A stretch of 64,000 nucleotides of DNA, taken from NCBI RefSeq assembly GCF_009914755.1, contig NC_060927.1; one strand, 5' to 3'. This DNA is from the human T2T-CHM13v2.0 reference genome, Homo sapiens. A program made the translations under genes and the position numbers. A model generated the notes under the pieces. The model did not search any database, was not told the origin of the DNA, and saw only the letters and a list, made by a program, of their open reading frames with translations. Shown in pieces: positions 13,483 to 27,062 of this stretch; the stretch's first letter is position 1; the number at the start of each line of letters is the position of its first letter.

Positions 13483-13881
13483 GTAGCAGGTGCTGTTGGT
13501 GCCTGCCCCATTTGTGGGTGGGTGCACCCATCCAGACTGGCTGTTAATGGTTCACACCTGCAACCTTCTCCAGAGGCCTGCCCTTAACCCAGTGCAGACT
13601 CCTGGAGACTACAACCCTCACCACCATTCCAAAGCTCTTGGGTAATCACCAGCTGACAGAGGAGTATAGGGGCCCAGCCCCCACATCTCCAGGTGCAATG
13701 GATTCTGTGGTGCCATTCATGCTCCAGGGCTCCTCGTGGGATCGTGAGATCGTGGGATCATGTAGCCTTGGCCTCATCCTGTGCTCTACCCTGGTTCTTC
13801 TGGAGGACACTACCTGCTCAGTCACTTGCTCAAGAATCTCTGCTCAGGCTTTGCTTCTTCCAGGGAAACCTGGCCTGAGAT
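13483..13881 (+). mobile_element. LTR16-like (ERVL) solo LTR
   Basis: GTAGCAGGTGCTGTTGGTGCC start and CACTTGCTCAAGAATC...CCTGAGATA end. Confidence 0.7.
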
Positions 13882-15149
13882 AGGCCCTTAGGCCCTTTCT
13901 GCCTTCCCAGAGGAGGACTGAGAAGGAGGTAGGGGAAGAAGTAGGCTGGTGTCAAGACTAAGCTCTGCAGACTTCTCTTTTGGCCCAGGGCTCTGCCCTC
14001 TCACTCACTCTGCGTGCACGAGAGACCATGCACCGGGCCCAGCCCTCAGCCCGCCCAAGGACTGCAGCCTTGACCAGAGCTAGCACGTGTTCCACGCTCT
14101 CCTGACCTCCCCGGCTACCACCTTCTCTCCAGAAAATGTGCAGATCCGCTCCAAGGCCCAGCAACACTTTCCCAGAAAACTGTAAATCCAAAAATCAATT
14201 GGTCTTCATGTCACCACATTATCAGAATTGGGCCCCCAGGATGGTTTAGGCTCAGAGACTCACAGAGTATTAGTGTAAAAAGGGCCTTGGGAGGTGATGT
14301 AGCTACCTCCTTCACAGTTTAATTTGGATTATACTTCTGCATCTATGCCACTCCTCTCTCATTATAATTGCGATAATTATGGTCTGCTTTATTCTCCTCT
14401 GGACCATTTACACAGGTGAAGAGACAGAAATTCATGGATGCAAATCACCAACCCCAGGCTCTTTTTTCAGGGTTTGCCTCCCTAGAGGCAATGAACCTGA
14501 GTCAGAGAGGGACGGTCGCCTTGGGCGTGACCTAGTAGCGGGATAGGATGGGGATCCAGCCCCAAGGTGCTGTGCCTCTTAGATTGGAAGGGTGGGAGAA
14601 GCAGCTGTTTGCACTATATGTATCCTACTCCAACGCCCGCCCCAACACTACTGGAAATACATTTCTTTCCAGTAGAAATGAAAGGGCAGTGGAAATCAGG
14701 TCAGTTTGGATCTTCCTATGGTTAATAATGTCTCTGTGGGCATCTGAGGTCATCCTGTCCATCCTCCAGGCACCAGGCAAGACACTTCCTCCTTCAGTCC
14801 AGGGTAGCTTTACTCCAGCCACATCTCTTGGTGACCTCAGCTGGGTTTGGTACCCATCACTGTCAGGACATTCTTACATCTTTTCTGCCACATGAGCCAA
14901 CATTCAAGGGTCCTAATAAAGGCTATGGGCCATAAGTCTTGGGGCAGGTCATTTTCTCTCTTTGGGGATCCCCTCTTTTGAGCATTCTAACATCTTCTGT
15001 TCACTTACCAATGCTTACGTCTGACTCAATTTTTCTCACCAATGATCCCCAACTTGTGAAATCCCAGATACCAGGACTTCTGGTGAAAATACATGGGTTC
15101 TGTGCTCGAATAATTTTAATTATATCTAAGCTTTCTCCTGTTCTTTTTT

Positions 15150-15360
15150 CTATGACAGACAGTGTGCTAATTATTTTTCAAATGTGATCTCATTTCATCC
15201 TCACCATATGGCTATAAAATAAGCTTTACTGCCTCTTTTCAGATGAGGAAACTGAGGCTCAGAGAGGTTGGGTGGCCTGTCCAAAGTCACACCAGAAGTG
15301 GCAGAGCCGGATCTGCTCTCAGATCTCTTTGATGCCAAAGCGCATGCTTTTAGTCAGCCT
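15150..15360 (-). mobile_element. MIR
   Basis: CAGATGAGGAAACTGAGGCTCAGAGAGGTT core. Confidence 0.8.
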
Positions 15361-16401
15361 GCTTCCCACCTCCTTCCAGGGATGCTTTGGAGACAGATTC
15401 CCCAGGAAGGAAGGTGAAGGTGCTCTCTCCTGGCTGTGGGGGCACAGAGAAGGGATACCACCCAGGTCTCCTCCTGATTCCCTGTATCCAAAGCTGAGTC
15501 CAGCCCAGTTCCTCTCCCACTGCCCAGAGCTTCCTCCCTGCGTCCTATCCCGTGCTGTGTCCTGGATGCATTTTCTTTCTCTCTCCTGGTCAGTATGCCT
15601 GCTACTGCCAGGGCCTCTGATCGTAATTCTCTATTCCAGTGTCTCCAATGAGAGCTCCCAGCTCCACTCCCATTCTGCTCCACCTCATGGACATCACAGC
15701 CCCTAGGTCACTCCAGCCTTCCTGGCACCCACCTGCATTGATATTTCTGTGTCCCACTCACTGCTGCGGGTGTTGAAGTCACTGGCCCCTTCTGCTTTCC
15801 CAAGTTCCCTGACGCAGGGAAAGTCACTGCTTATTAGTTTGTGCCAACAGCGGGGGTGGCAGAGAGCAGCGAGGCAGATAATCTGAGGTAGTGGGGAATG
15901 TAAGAATCATCTCTATTTGGCTGTGGAAGGTATTTTTGGACTTACAGTTGAATGTGGGTGTGTGTTATGTGCTGGGAATTCACAACACTTCAAGCCAAAT
16001 ACTGAAGCTCAACCAGCAGGACCTGGCTGCTGGTTTCAGGAATTAGAAAGCTGTCCACCCTGTTCCTATTTCCTGCAGAGTTGGGTGGCTCCGTGTCTCG
16101 GCTGATGTTCAGGACCAGCTGAAGCAGAACTGCTACTTCTCTAGGGCTCAGAAACCACACTTGCCCCTGACCTAGAGCCCGGGCTGCAAATATGGGTGCC
16201 CACAGCAGGTGGGCAGCCAAGTGAGGCCAGCTGGTGTCACACAAAACGGAATGGCAGAGCCAGGACTGTGAACCCCTTCAGGAGGGCACCATCACTTCTC
16301 AGGGACAGCTGCTCCTCAGCTCCAGCTGATGACAGAGGCCAAACAAAACACATCTATGAAAGAATTTGGCCCTCTGACAACTGGATTGCAGTCTCCAGCC
16401 T

Positions 16402-16579
16402 CGTGGTTCTCACACTAATGTGCATCAGAATTGCCTGGAGGGCTTGTTACAACCGATTGTTGGGCCCCTTCTCCAGAGTTTCTCATTCAGTCAATCTAGG
16501 GTGGAGCCCAAGATTTTGCAATTCTAGCAAGTTCCCAGGTGATGCTTACGGTCTAGGGACCGCACTTTGGGAACCACTG
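16402..16579. mobile_element. MER5A (hAT-Charlie)
   Basis: GTGGTTCTCA...GGGAACCACTG terminal inverted repeats and MER5A internal motifs. Confidence 0.85.
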
Positions 16580-16739
16580 CTATAGCCCAGCAGCTAGAGA
16601 ATAAGAGAGCTTCCCACCTCCTTACCTTTTAGTATTTGCAAGCCTCTTTTTGGTGTCAGCTCAAGAGGTAATCATGTCCTTTAGAAGTTAAAAGTCAGAA
16701 GAAAGGGTGAGACACATCTATTAAATGGCAAATATTTCA

Positions 16740-16930
16740 TGAACATCTCGTTTAATCATCACAGCCTTCCTGCAAGGTAGGTATTATTGCCCCTACTTTA
16801 CTGCTGAGGATCTAAGGCACAGAGATGTTCATGACTTGCCCAAGGTCGCACAGCTAGGAAGGACAATTCTGGGACGGAAATCTACATCAGCCTAACTCCA
16901 GTGCCCATGCTTTTCCCAAATCATCAAACT
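16740..16930 (-). mobile_element. MIR
   Basis: GACTTGCCCAAGGTCGCACAGCTAG. Confidence 0.7.
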
Positions 16931-17428
16931 GCCCAGAGAAACAGGGCCTCTTTGCAAAATATACCCTCTTTCTGGGGGTTGAGCAGAATAGCCTTCCCTT
17001 TAGGGACCCTTCTAAGTTTGTCCATCAGGGGCATTTCACAGGAAGGGCTGGATCAAGAGCCAGAAGGCTTGGAGAGGGGAGAGTCTTTTGCCTCCTTCCA
17101 AAGGGAATGATCAATAAAGACCTGGTCCTGGAGCACTACCCAGTGGCCTATAATTCCCAGGAGACAGGAGGGCTGACCCTGGGGCAGCATAGTGCCCTGG
17201 AAGTGCCAGGCCTGAGGAAGTCACTCCTGAACAAACCACCTTAGTCCTTGGGAATACATCAGAGCAGGATGGGAGAATTATCTGGTTAATGTCTGCAAAC
17301 TGGTGGCAGGAACCATGTCTGTTTTGCTCAGTGCTATATCCCTAGCTGCTAACCCAGCACCAGTCACATAAGAGACGCTGAATTATTTGTTGAATGAGAG
17401 AATGACTGAATGGTGGAACAAAGTGCAA

Positions 17429-17491
17429 GGAATCTTTGCTCTTAACCAAAGGGACTATGGGAATCTTTGCTCTTAGCCAAAGGCACTAATG
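17429..17491. repeat. About 31-bp tandem duplication
   Basis: GGAATCTTTGCTCTTARCCAAAGG occurs twice. Confidence 0.9.
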
Positions 17492-20400
17492 TGCCCACTC
17501 ATGGTTGAAAGTGTAGACACTCATAAAGCAGCCAGCCTTGAGAAGGGAGATGTGGCAGGTGATAATTCTGCTTCAGGTAATTGATCGGAAATGTTTTCCA
17601 AATCCATCATGGGGCATGAAGCAAAGATATTAACAGGTCTGCCAAGAGCCAGCAAGAATAAGGTCTTATTTACCTCTGGATCCTCAGCCCGTGTCTATTG
17701 AATGAATGAAAGTGAGTCTCTCCTCCTGAATGCCCAGTGGGGAAGGTGTTCACACACTTATTGCTGCATGGGTGCTGGTGGGCCTCTGCCCAAGGAGCCT
17801 TCCCCAAGGCTTTCTGGAAGGCAGGTGCGGCACGGTGAGAAGAGCATGGACTTGGAATGGGAAGCCATGGTGCAAGCCCTGATGTCAGCCACTCCTGAAC
17901 TCGTCAATAGACATGATTCCAGTGGGAGCAACAGGCACCGTGTTCTGCATCCTTGGGCCCCGCTGCCTCCCTTCTCTTTGAAACAGAGAGAATAATGATA
18001 GCAACAACAACAGCAATCATAACAACTTCTTCACAGACTTGTGAAGGTGAGATACTTGTGCACTGAGAGCGGAACAAGCACTCAACAAACGCTTGTTGTC
18101 CACATGGATCCGCTGATCGATCCACCATGGCTGGGTCACTTCTCCAGTGTGGAGAGTTTTGAGGAGTCCCTCACTGCTCCAGGTAGGAAGCTCTGCCACT
18201 ACCTGACTTACTTTTCCTCTTGCTGCAACTTAAACCCTCTTACTCCACTGTCTGTGGTGACAAGGAATAGGCCGACAGTTGGTGAAAGCTCTCTCTAACA
18301 CTGGTCTCCCCTGCTTTTCCAGGAAAGTAGCAGAAACAGACTTTTTGGAGTCAGGAACTAATGTTATGGAGAGTGTGCAGTGACTTAAGATGTATCTAAA
18401 TCAGTGCAACTCCAAGCCACATGGTAACACAAATGGTTCTGCTGCCCATGTATAAAGCATGCCAGCCCTTTTCCCTGGCATGTGGCACACTCCAGATCTC
18501 TCCCCTCATCCAGTTATGTGTGTGCAAAACTCAGCCTGGATCAGTCACCCTTGAAATATGAGTCAAATAAAATTAAAATTAAAAATTGTTCTTGAATCAC
18601 ACCCTGTTTTGCATTATCTGTGCTATTATTTGACTTTACTCAGCCCTTTAACCACTGGCTCCAGATGATCCCACAGATGTAACTGGGCCAGCACTGGGGA
18701 GAGAGACCCCCACCTGAGTCGGTAAGAGCTGTTGGGATGCTGCGCTGGGTGCAGCATAGGTGACCAGCAGAAAGGTAGTGTCAGGAATCATGCAAATCCC
18801 CTTCATGTGGATGGGTCCTTGCTACTCTTCACAACCACGATGCCATCAGATTCCCTGTGAAGTCTGCAGAAGGCTTGTCATGGCTCCCATTTAACTGATG
18901 AGAAGCCAGAGGCCCTGAGAGCAGCTACAGATCCAAATGCTCAGAGTGGGAAGTTAGCCCAGGTCTGCCTTCCCACCCCGCAGCCTATCCAGGCTCCCAG
19001 AAACACCCTTATTCCCCAAGTCAAGCCGTGATGGCTCACACTGGATAAGGTCCCCAGCCACTGGGAGCTGGGAGCCTGGAAACTGTGGGAGAACCCCTAC
19101 AGATTAATGACAGGTCATTCAGAGTGTCTATACACCTTGTTTTGGAAATCTAAGAGGTAACCATAGTTAGATCCCAAGGTCTCCAGAAAAATCACTCATA
19201 ATACTCTCTTTGGGGAGTGGGCAGTATTGAGACTGGGGCAGGAAAGAGAAATGATGGACTATCATCCCATTCTGAGCCCCTGACTCCAGCCTGTGTTCAG
19301 GCTATGTTTATGTCCTTCTCTCCCTTTACACCCCTAGCTTCTAGTCTAGGTGCCAAGTGGCCCTGGGCCTCTAGTGCCCTGAGGAGAGGCAGCCAATGAG
19401 CTGCTAACCCAGAGGACATAAGCTAGTCCAACTCAGCCTCTGCCATGTGACCAGCCAAAAGCAGAACCTCAAACCCCCACCCCAAGATGAGTGGGGTCCA
19501 GCCTGGCGGGCAGTGGAGGGTGCCGCAGTCTGCTCCCTTTCCTCTTTTAGAGAGGAAAAAAGAAAATGAGTGAGGAGGGGTGGAACGTCAACAGAGACCA
19601 GAAGGGAATAAAGAACACTGAGGCCAGTTCATCTGTGAAGGTCGTGAAATGGACAGAGTTTTGTTCCTTTTGGTTTATGTTATCGCACTTATGATGGTGT
19701 TTGTGCAGTAAGTGAAACAGTGAAGGGAAAGTGTCTGGGGTCTGTGTTGGAGCTGAACGATGCTGCAAACTTGGGGGGTTGTAGATTCCCAAGGAGGGCA
19801 GGCAATGTGGAGCCTCCCTGTCCCACTCTGGGAATCTGCAACCCACCAAGTGTGGAGCCCAGGACAGAGGGGCAGAGGTATGGGAGTGGGGAAGGGCAGA
19901 GAGGGAGGAGAAGGTAGGGAGAAATTCCTTAAACCCTTTCAGGATTTCCTTCTGGAGGGCTGTGAGTCTTCTTCACCAGGCCCAATACCTGGTACTCTGG
20001 GTCCTGCCAGCTCAGATGCCTGAACTTCCAGAACATAATTGTGTTCCAGCTCAGCAGGGCACAGCCTCGGGCCGTCTAGGAGCAGGCTGCCGTTCCCCGA
20101 ATGTACACCCTGTCAGTGCCCAGATCCATCTGGAGAGCAAATGGCTGGCTGAGGGGAGAGAGAGCCCAGGCACACCACCCCCCATCTGCTCCCGCCATGT
20201 GACACATGCTTGCAGGCGGGGAGGGAGAAGCCGGCAGGTGGTTGGCTGATGTAGAGTGGAGGCTGGGAGAAAGAACAAGGACCAGCACAAACCCACTGTC
20301 CAGCCCTGGCCAGAAGCATTTCTGGGAACTGCTCCCAGCCCTACTCCCATTGCCAGGTGAGCCCCCTCGCTCCTGCACACACACAGGTGAAAGACAGGTC

Positions 20401-21539
20401 TGAGTGAAGGCCAGGCCTGGGACTCCACCACCACTACTGCCCCAGACATAGGAATGTGTACGTGGGTGCACACTCGCCTGCGCACATGCCTGAGATCCAG
20501 ATCATTCCTTCAAAGCTTCTTTGCAGGTGCAATGATGCAGCCTCACTGCTGCCCCAGCCCTGAGCACCTACAAGGCAGCTGACTGGTCCTTCTGGGTTTG
20601 GGTATATGGGTTGGGGAGAGTGAGGCAGGGACACGTGCCTGAGGACTTCTCAGGTGGATGGTGTCCAGGAGCTGAGCAGGCCATGGGGCTTGGTTGTGGG
20701 CAGAATAGAGAGTTCCAGCCCTGGGCCAGGGGGTGGGAAGAGAAGGGGAGGGGGGTCTTTAAGAGAAGCACAGTGAGCTCTTTCTGATCTGGTATAAACG
20801 AAGCCCTTCTTGGAGACAGAAAGATGGTCAAGGGCTGACAAAACCCTTCCAGTGCTTAATGAATGTCTCTCTTTAAACCTGGCCATTGGTGCCAAGCCCC
20901 TTAAGTTCCATATTCATAGAGCTCAGTTATAATAAGAATAACAGCTAACAGGCTTACTATTTGCAGGACTTTATCTATGACTCACCCTGCAGGCCCAGCC
21001 CCCACCCCCAGCTCTCCTTTTCCACAATGGGACTGGAATAGAGTTATCTTCATAGAGGCCTGTTGGAGGAGCATCTGAAATGCAAGAATTCTGGGGAGGG
21101 AGCCTGGAAGTGTCCTCTGCTCAGGCCCACAAGGACAGCAGAGAAATGGAAGGGAGTGGGAAACCGTGTCATTTTCTTACCAGAAGACTTAGTCAAGTGC
21201 TCACAGGTGTGGTCTGCAGGCAGACGTGGGCAGCACCAGACAAGGAGAGATGGAGGGTGGGCCCTGGGTCCAGGGGTGAGGAGCAGTGGAGTAAGGAGAG
21301 GCACAGCTGATCCCCTGCCTGCCAGGAGAGCTGCCGCTGCTGGCTGGCGGGAAAGGAGTGTGATGGATGCTCCCCTGTCCAGCTGCGCCTCAGCCTTGGC
21401 AGAGGAAGGAAGGACGATGAGCCCCTGAGCCAGGGAACACGGATGTCTGCCTGAGGAGGCGGAGACCAAGGCAGAGACCTGCTCTCCCACTTCTCCTCCC
21501 CACCACCCCCCTGCCTCGGCACAGCCTGGGTCGACACTG

Positions 21540-21750
21540 AGCACTCACACCACAAAACATGCAGCCCTGGGCTCAAATCCCAGCCCAGGCTCCTTTAGCC
21601 TCTCTGAGTCAGTTCTCTCAACCGTAAAACCACACAGGGCAGTTGTGAAGATTAAAAGATAATGTTTGCGGAAGCACATAGCACTGTCTGGCACCTAGAA
21701 AACACTCAATAAATGTCAGTCACTATTTTATCATCATTATTAGTGTTGTG
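21540..21750 (+). mobile_element. MIR
   Basis: GGCTCAAATCCCAGC...GTTGTGAAGATTAAA...CTCAATAAATGT. Confidence 0.7.
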
Positions 21751-21779
21751 ATTATGCAGACCTTCCATCTCTCTCTCCA

Positions 21780-22190
21780 GACGCTCACAATAGCCTCCTA
21801 AGTACGCTTCCTATCTTTCATCTCTCCTCTCCAATCCATCCTACACAAAGCTGCCAGAACACAGTCTACAGCAATGATTTGGTCACATTACTCTGCTGCT
21901 TAAAACCCCCACCAGCTCCCCACTGCCTACACAACCAAATCCAAACACCCTGCATAGCAAGGACTCTCCATCTGCCTCAGACTCCCTCTCCTGCCCCCTC
22001 TCTGGCCATTCCCCCTCCATCCAACCTCCTCAACACATCCCAAATCTAGAAACTCTTCATGTCATGCACTTGCCCACCTCGATCCCTTCGCTTCTGCTTG
22101 CCCGTCCCTGTAGAATGCCCTCTCCCAAATGCCAGCTCATCTATGAAGCTCCTTCTGACCCTCACGCAGCCAATGGCTTCCTCTGCTGAC
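21780..22190 (+). mobile_element. L2 3' region (hosts the alternative SEMA5B exon antisense)
   Basis: CAATAGCCTCCTAA...CAATCCATCC...TGCTTAAAACCCC...TAGAATGCCCTCTCCC...GAAGCTCCTTCTGACC follow the L2 consensus order. Confidence 0.7.
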
Positions 22191-22201
22191 AGATGCAGCA
22201 T
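22078..22201 (-). CDS. SEMA5B: SEMA5B alternative first coding exon (MLHLSAEEAIGCVRVRRSFIDELAFGRGHSTGTGKQKRRDR), N-extended isoform
   Basis: ATG at 22201, then 41 codons plus 1 nt, donor CGAG|GTGGGC. G plus TG of the next exon gives an in-frame Val. The peptide matches the recalled long SEMA5B isoform N-terminus. Confidence 0.85.
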
Positions 22202-22257
22202 GTGGTTTATACACTCTCATCACTTCCTCACCCTGTGTTGGGCTGTGCAGATGCAAG

Positions 22258-22442
22258 AAGTGCTTCTCAAAATGTGCTCCTAGGACCAGCAGCATCTGCA
22301 CCTCCTGGGAACTTGTTTAAAATGCAAATTCTCAGGCCTCACCCCAGACCTACTAGATCAGAAAGTCTGGGGGCAGGGCCCAGTAATCTGTGTTTTAACC
22401 AGCCCTCCAGACTCTATTGCACACTCAGTTGGGGAACCACTG
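22258..22442. mobile_element. MER5A
   Basis: AAATGCAAATTCTCAGGCCTCACCCCAGACCTACT; GGGAACCACTG end. Confidence 0.85.
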
Positions 22443-22694
22443 ATGTAAGGTACCTGTACCCTACAGGTGATGCTTGGTACACAGAGAGAAATGATGGGTT
22501 AGATCAGACCACTTGGGTGGCTTTGAAAAAATACAGCTGGTTGGGCCTCACCTGCAGAGATTCTGATTTAATTGATCTGGGGTTGGGCCTGTGCATCCAT
22601 GTTTTTTTGTCTCCCAACATTTTATTATCAATATTTTCAAACATACAAAACAGTTAAAAGACTGCACAGTGAACACCTGTATACCCGCCATCTA

Positions 22695-23207
<513 letters not shown>

Positions 23208-23411
23208 TTAGGCTCAGCTCCTGCTATGAAATGAGGAGGAGGAGGAGGATGCCTACTATGCCTTCCTGTCCCACTCTTACAAGGATTGAATGAGATCACA
23301 TTTGAGAAAGCCCTTTGTAAAGGGCCATATGGTTAACAGAAAGTAATCCCTGACTCCGTGCTGGAGGAGGAAGGTGTCCAGAGCTGTTGCAGGATCGCTG
23401 AATAATAAACG

Positions 23412-23562
23412 AATTGCAAATAAATGACAAATAATTCTTTAGCATAAGTGCATCCCAAATATTGCATGAGACATACTCATACCGAAATACTCTTTGTTGC
23501 TTACCTGAAATTCAAATGTAATTGGACAACCTATATTTTTACTTGCTAAGTCTGGCACTCCT
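23412..23562. mobile_element. MER53 (palindromic hAT MITE), left arm truncated
   Basis: TCCCAAATATTGCATGAGACATAC centre and CTGAAATTCAAAT...TCTGGCACTCCTA arm. Confidence 0.75.
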
Positions 23563-23674
23563 AGAACTCAGTCCTGTCTTATGGAGAGCATCAGGATCAG
23601 AACCCTCTACCCAGAGAAGAGTCAGGGCTGGCAACAGGGACTACAGCTCTACCTAGCCAGCCTCTCATGCTCCT

Positions 23675-23792
23675 AGGATTTAAATGTTAATGTCATCCAA
23701 AAACACCCTCACAAAAACATCCAGAATAATGTCTGACCAAATATCTGGGCACAGTGGCCCACCCAAATTAACATATAAAATTAACCACCACA
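23675..23792 (-). mobile_element. MLT2 (ERVL) LTR fragment
   Basis: AAACACCCTCACA...CCAGAATAATG...AAAATTAACCACCACA. Confidence 0.75.
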
Positions 23793-26189
23793 GTCAGCAA
23801 GTCTCAAACACTAGAGTACAAAAGTCTCACTGGGGAGAACCAATTAAAATGCAGGTCTCCAGGCCCCACCCCAGAGATTCTGATGCACTAGGCTTGGCAC
23901 AATGCCCAGAAGCCAGCATTTTAGCCATCCCTCCAGATGGTTGCGATCCAAGGGCTCCATGGGCCCACTTTGGGAAGCACTGCAGTTGTCACTCAATAAA
24001 TATTTGCCGACTAAAGGGATGTTGGAGGTAGGAGTGTGGGCAGCAAGGCATCTGAGCCAGGGCCAGACCACCTCTGCAAGACTGTGTCCTAGGGGCTCTG
24101 TGAATGGCCCCCAGTGGAGTGATGGCAGATGCGGAACCAGCCAGCCAGTCCTGCCCCCAGGCAGGGACCCACAGCTGAGTTTGCAGACTGACGCAGGAGA
24201 CAGAATTATAGGCAGAGGGCAACTCCACCAGCACTGGCACTAACCCAAAGGGCAAACCCTTGAACCAGGCCTGGCCCCACCTGGGCCCCAGGGTGCCCTT
24301 CTCTGTCCCATGCGAGTCGGTGGGTGGACGTGCTCGGCCTCTCATGAGCCGATGAGATCATGGCTCAGGAATCTCTGTGCAGTCGGTTGCCCCTGAAAAG
24401 AACCACTCACTGAGCTGGGGAAGCGAGCAGCTCAATGTTCACAGGCAGGCTGGGGAGGCGGGGCGTAGGGCCACAGGGACCCGTGCAGCATCCCAAACAC
24501 TTCAGAAAGGAAGAAAATCAACCCTGGGCTGTACAAGCCCATGATGACAGAGCTAGGTTTTTTCTTTTAATAGACTCCCATAGACTGGTGATTAGAGTTA
24601 TGTTCCTGAAAACCTTACAGCTAAATAGGTAACTGCCAGAGAATGACAGGGTCTGGGCAGAAAGAGACTCTCGGTGGTGGGTTAGGTCCATCTCCCAGGA
24701 CCAGCGTTCTAAACATTTCAGTGTGATAGAAGGCTGGGAGCAGACCCCTCCGCTGGGCAGCCTCCAGGGGTGGAGAGGCATGGACAGCCAGCTTCGTGTC
24801 AGAAGAGGCATTCATCCTCAGGGCCTTGCGTGATGGGGAGTAAATAGGTGCTCAATAAATGCATGTTCAGCTCAACTGAGCAAAGGGTAAAACAAGAGGA
24901 GAGGAGGCTAGTGCTGCCACTATTCCAGGCCCCTTTTACACCTGTTACCACATCCTGCAGCTCTGGGCTGCTCTGTTTCCACCCCTTCTGTGCAACCTCA
25001 AATGTCACCTGGCTCCCTTCATGCTCGTCCTCCTGCCCAGGTCTTGCTTGGCCATCTTCAGCCTGCCCTGTGAGCCATCGCACAGTGGCTCCGAAGGCGG
25101 TTCAGAGAGGGAGACGCAAGACACAAAGAATGTCTTGAAAAGAAGGGACAAAGCACTGGGGCTCTGCAGGCTGGAAAAGAACAATGGGATAAATGGGATG
25201 GGAGGCGGGGGAAGAAGCAAAGTCCTCAGGTGTCTGAAGGGTTATAACTGAGAGAGGATGACCAGAGACACCTTCGCTCTCAGGACAAGACAAGGTGAAC
25301 GTGGACAGTGGAAAGACCCGCCGAGGAGAACATTCAGGATCGGAGCAGCAGAGAGCCCCTCTGTCTCTGAGATCGCCTTGGTGTCTCCAGGAAGAAATGG
25401 TTTTCTGCCTGATGTGGACTGCAGAGCTGGCCAAGCAGCCCGCCATCCACGAACACTTTCACATCCTCCCAACTCTCTTCCCGGATTTAGCTTGTGCCAC
25501 CTCTGGGGGTTCCCAGTTCCACATAAGTTTACTTCCTGCTGTGTAAATAGCACTTACTTTCATTTGTGCTACAGTTTCTTTTGGCTGCCTTCAGGGGCTC
25601 CCCTTCTCTCTTGTTGTGATTTCAGGGACTTGGAGATGAAATCCACATGTTACCCTATGGCAGCCTTAAGGGAGAGGGGGATTCACAATTGGGATGTCCC
25701 CCCATCACTTTTTCCTTTCTGTCCTGGGATCCAGGTAGATATTTCATCTCACTTCAGAAAGACAATCCCTTAAAGAAGGAACAACAGGCCATCCATCTGG
25801 TTTTCCCAAGGCCGGGACCGTGTTGTCTCCAGCCCCCTTGCAATAATGCCTGGCTATCTGGCTGTTTGTTTTGGCCAAACCAGCATACAGGCTCAAAACC
25901 TTTAAGGGAACATTTCTAACAGCGCCTTAGATTTACTGGGTTATGTCAGAGCACTGGCAACTCCCCATTTGTGGATATGACTTTATTTTCCCCTAAATGT
26001 GTGTCCTTGCATATCCAGGGTAAAGTGATGCTACACTTATTTGGGCCATACGCAATAGCTCGCCTGACATTTCATCACTTGGAAGCTGCTGATGTTACCC
26101 ACATTTTGTACTGGACTCTGCTACTGACATCCCCCACTTAAAAAGTATCATTTCTCTTCTGTTTCATTCTTAAGCCAATCTCTGACTCA

Positions 26190-26654
<465 letters not shown>

Positions 26655-26711
26655 TCATTCTGGCCAGCCGTGCTCTTCCTGGATGCTCTTCCATTTGGGC
26701 AATGGCCCAAA

Positions 26712-27062
26712 TTATTATTATTTTTATTGTGGTGAAGTATCCATAACACAAAATTTACCATTTTAATAATCTTTCAGTGTCCAGTTCAGGGTAATTAAGT
26801 GCATTCACACTGCTGTGTACTATCGCCACCATTCATCTCTAGCACCTACTCATTTTTCCCTGCTGAAACTCTACCCATTAAACAGTAACTCCCCAATCCC
26901 CACTCCCCGCCTGCTCCTGAGAGCCACCATTTCTACTATCTGTCTCTGATTTGACTACTGTAGGTTCTTCATGTAAGCAGATTCTTACAGTATTTGCCCT
27001 TTTGTGTCTGGCTTACTTCACTTAGCATAATGTCTTCAGGGTTTATCCACGTTGTAGCATGT
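26712..27062 (-). mobile_element. L1MB 3' end
   Basis: TTTTGTGTCTGGCTTACTTCACTTAGCATAATGTCTTCAGGG. Confidence 0.85.
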
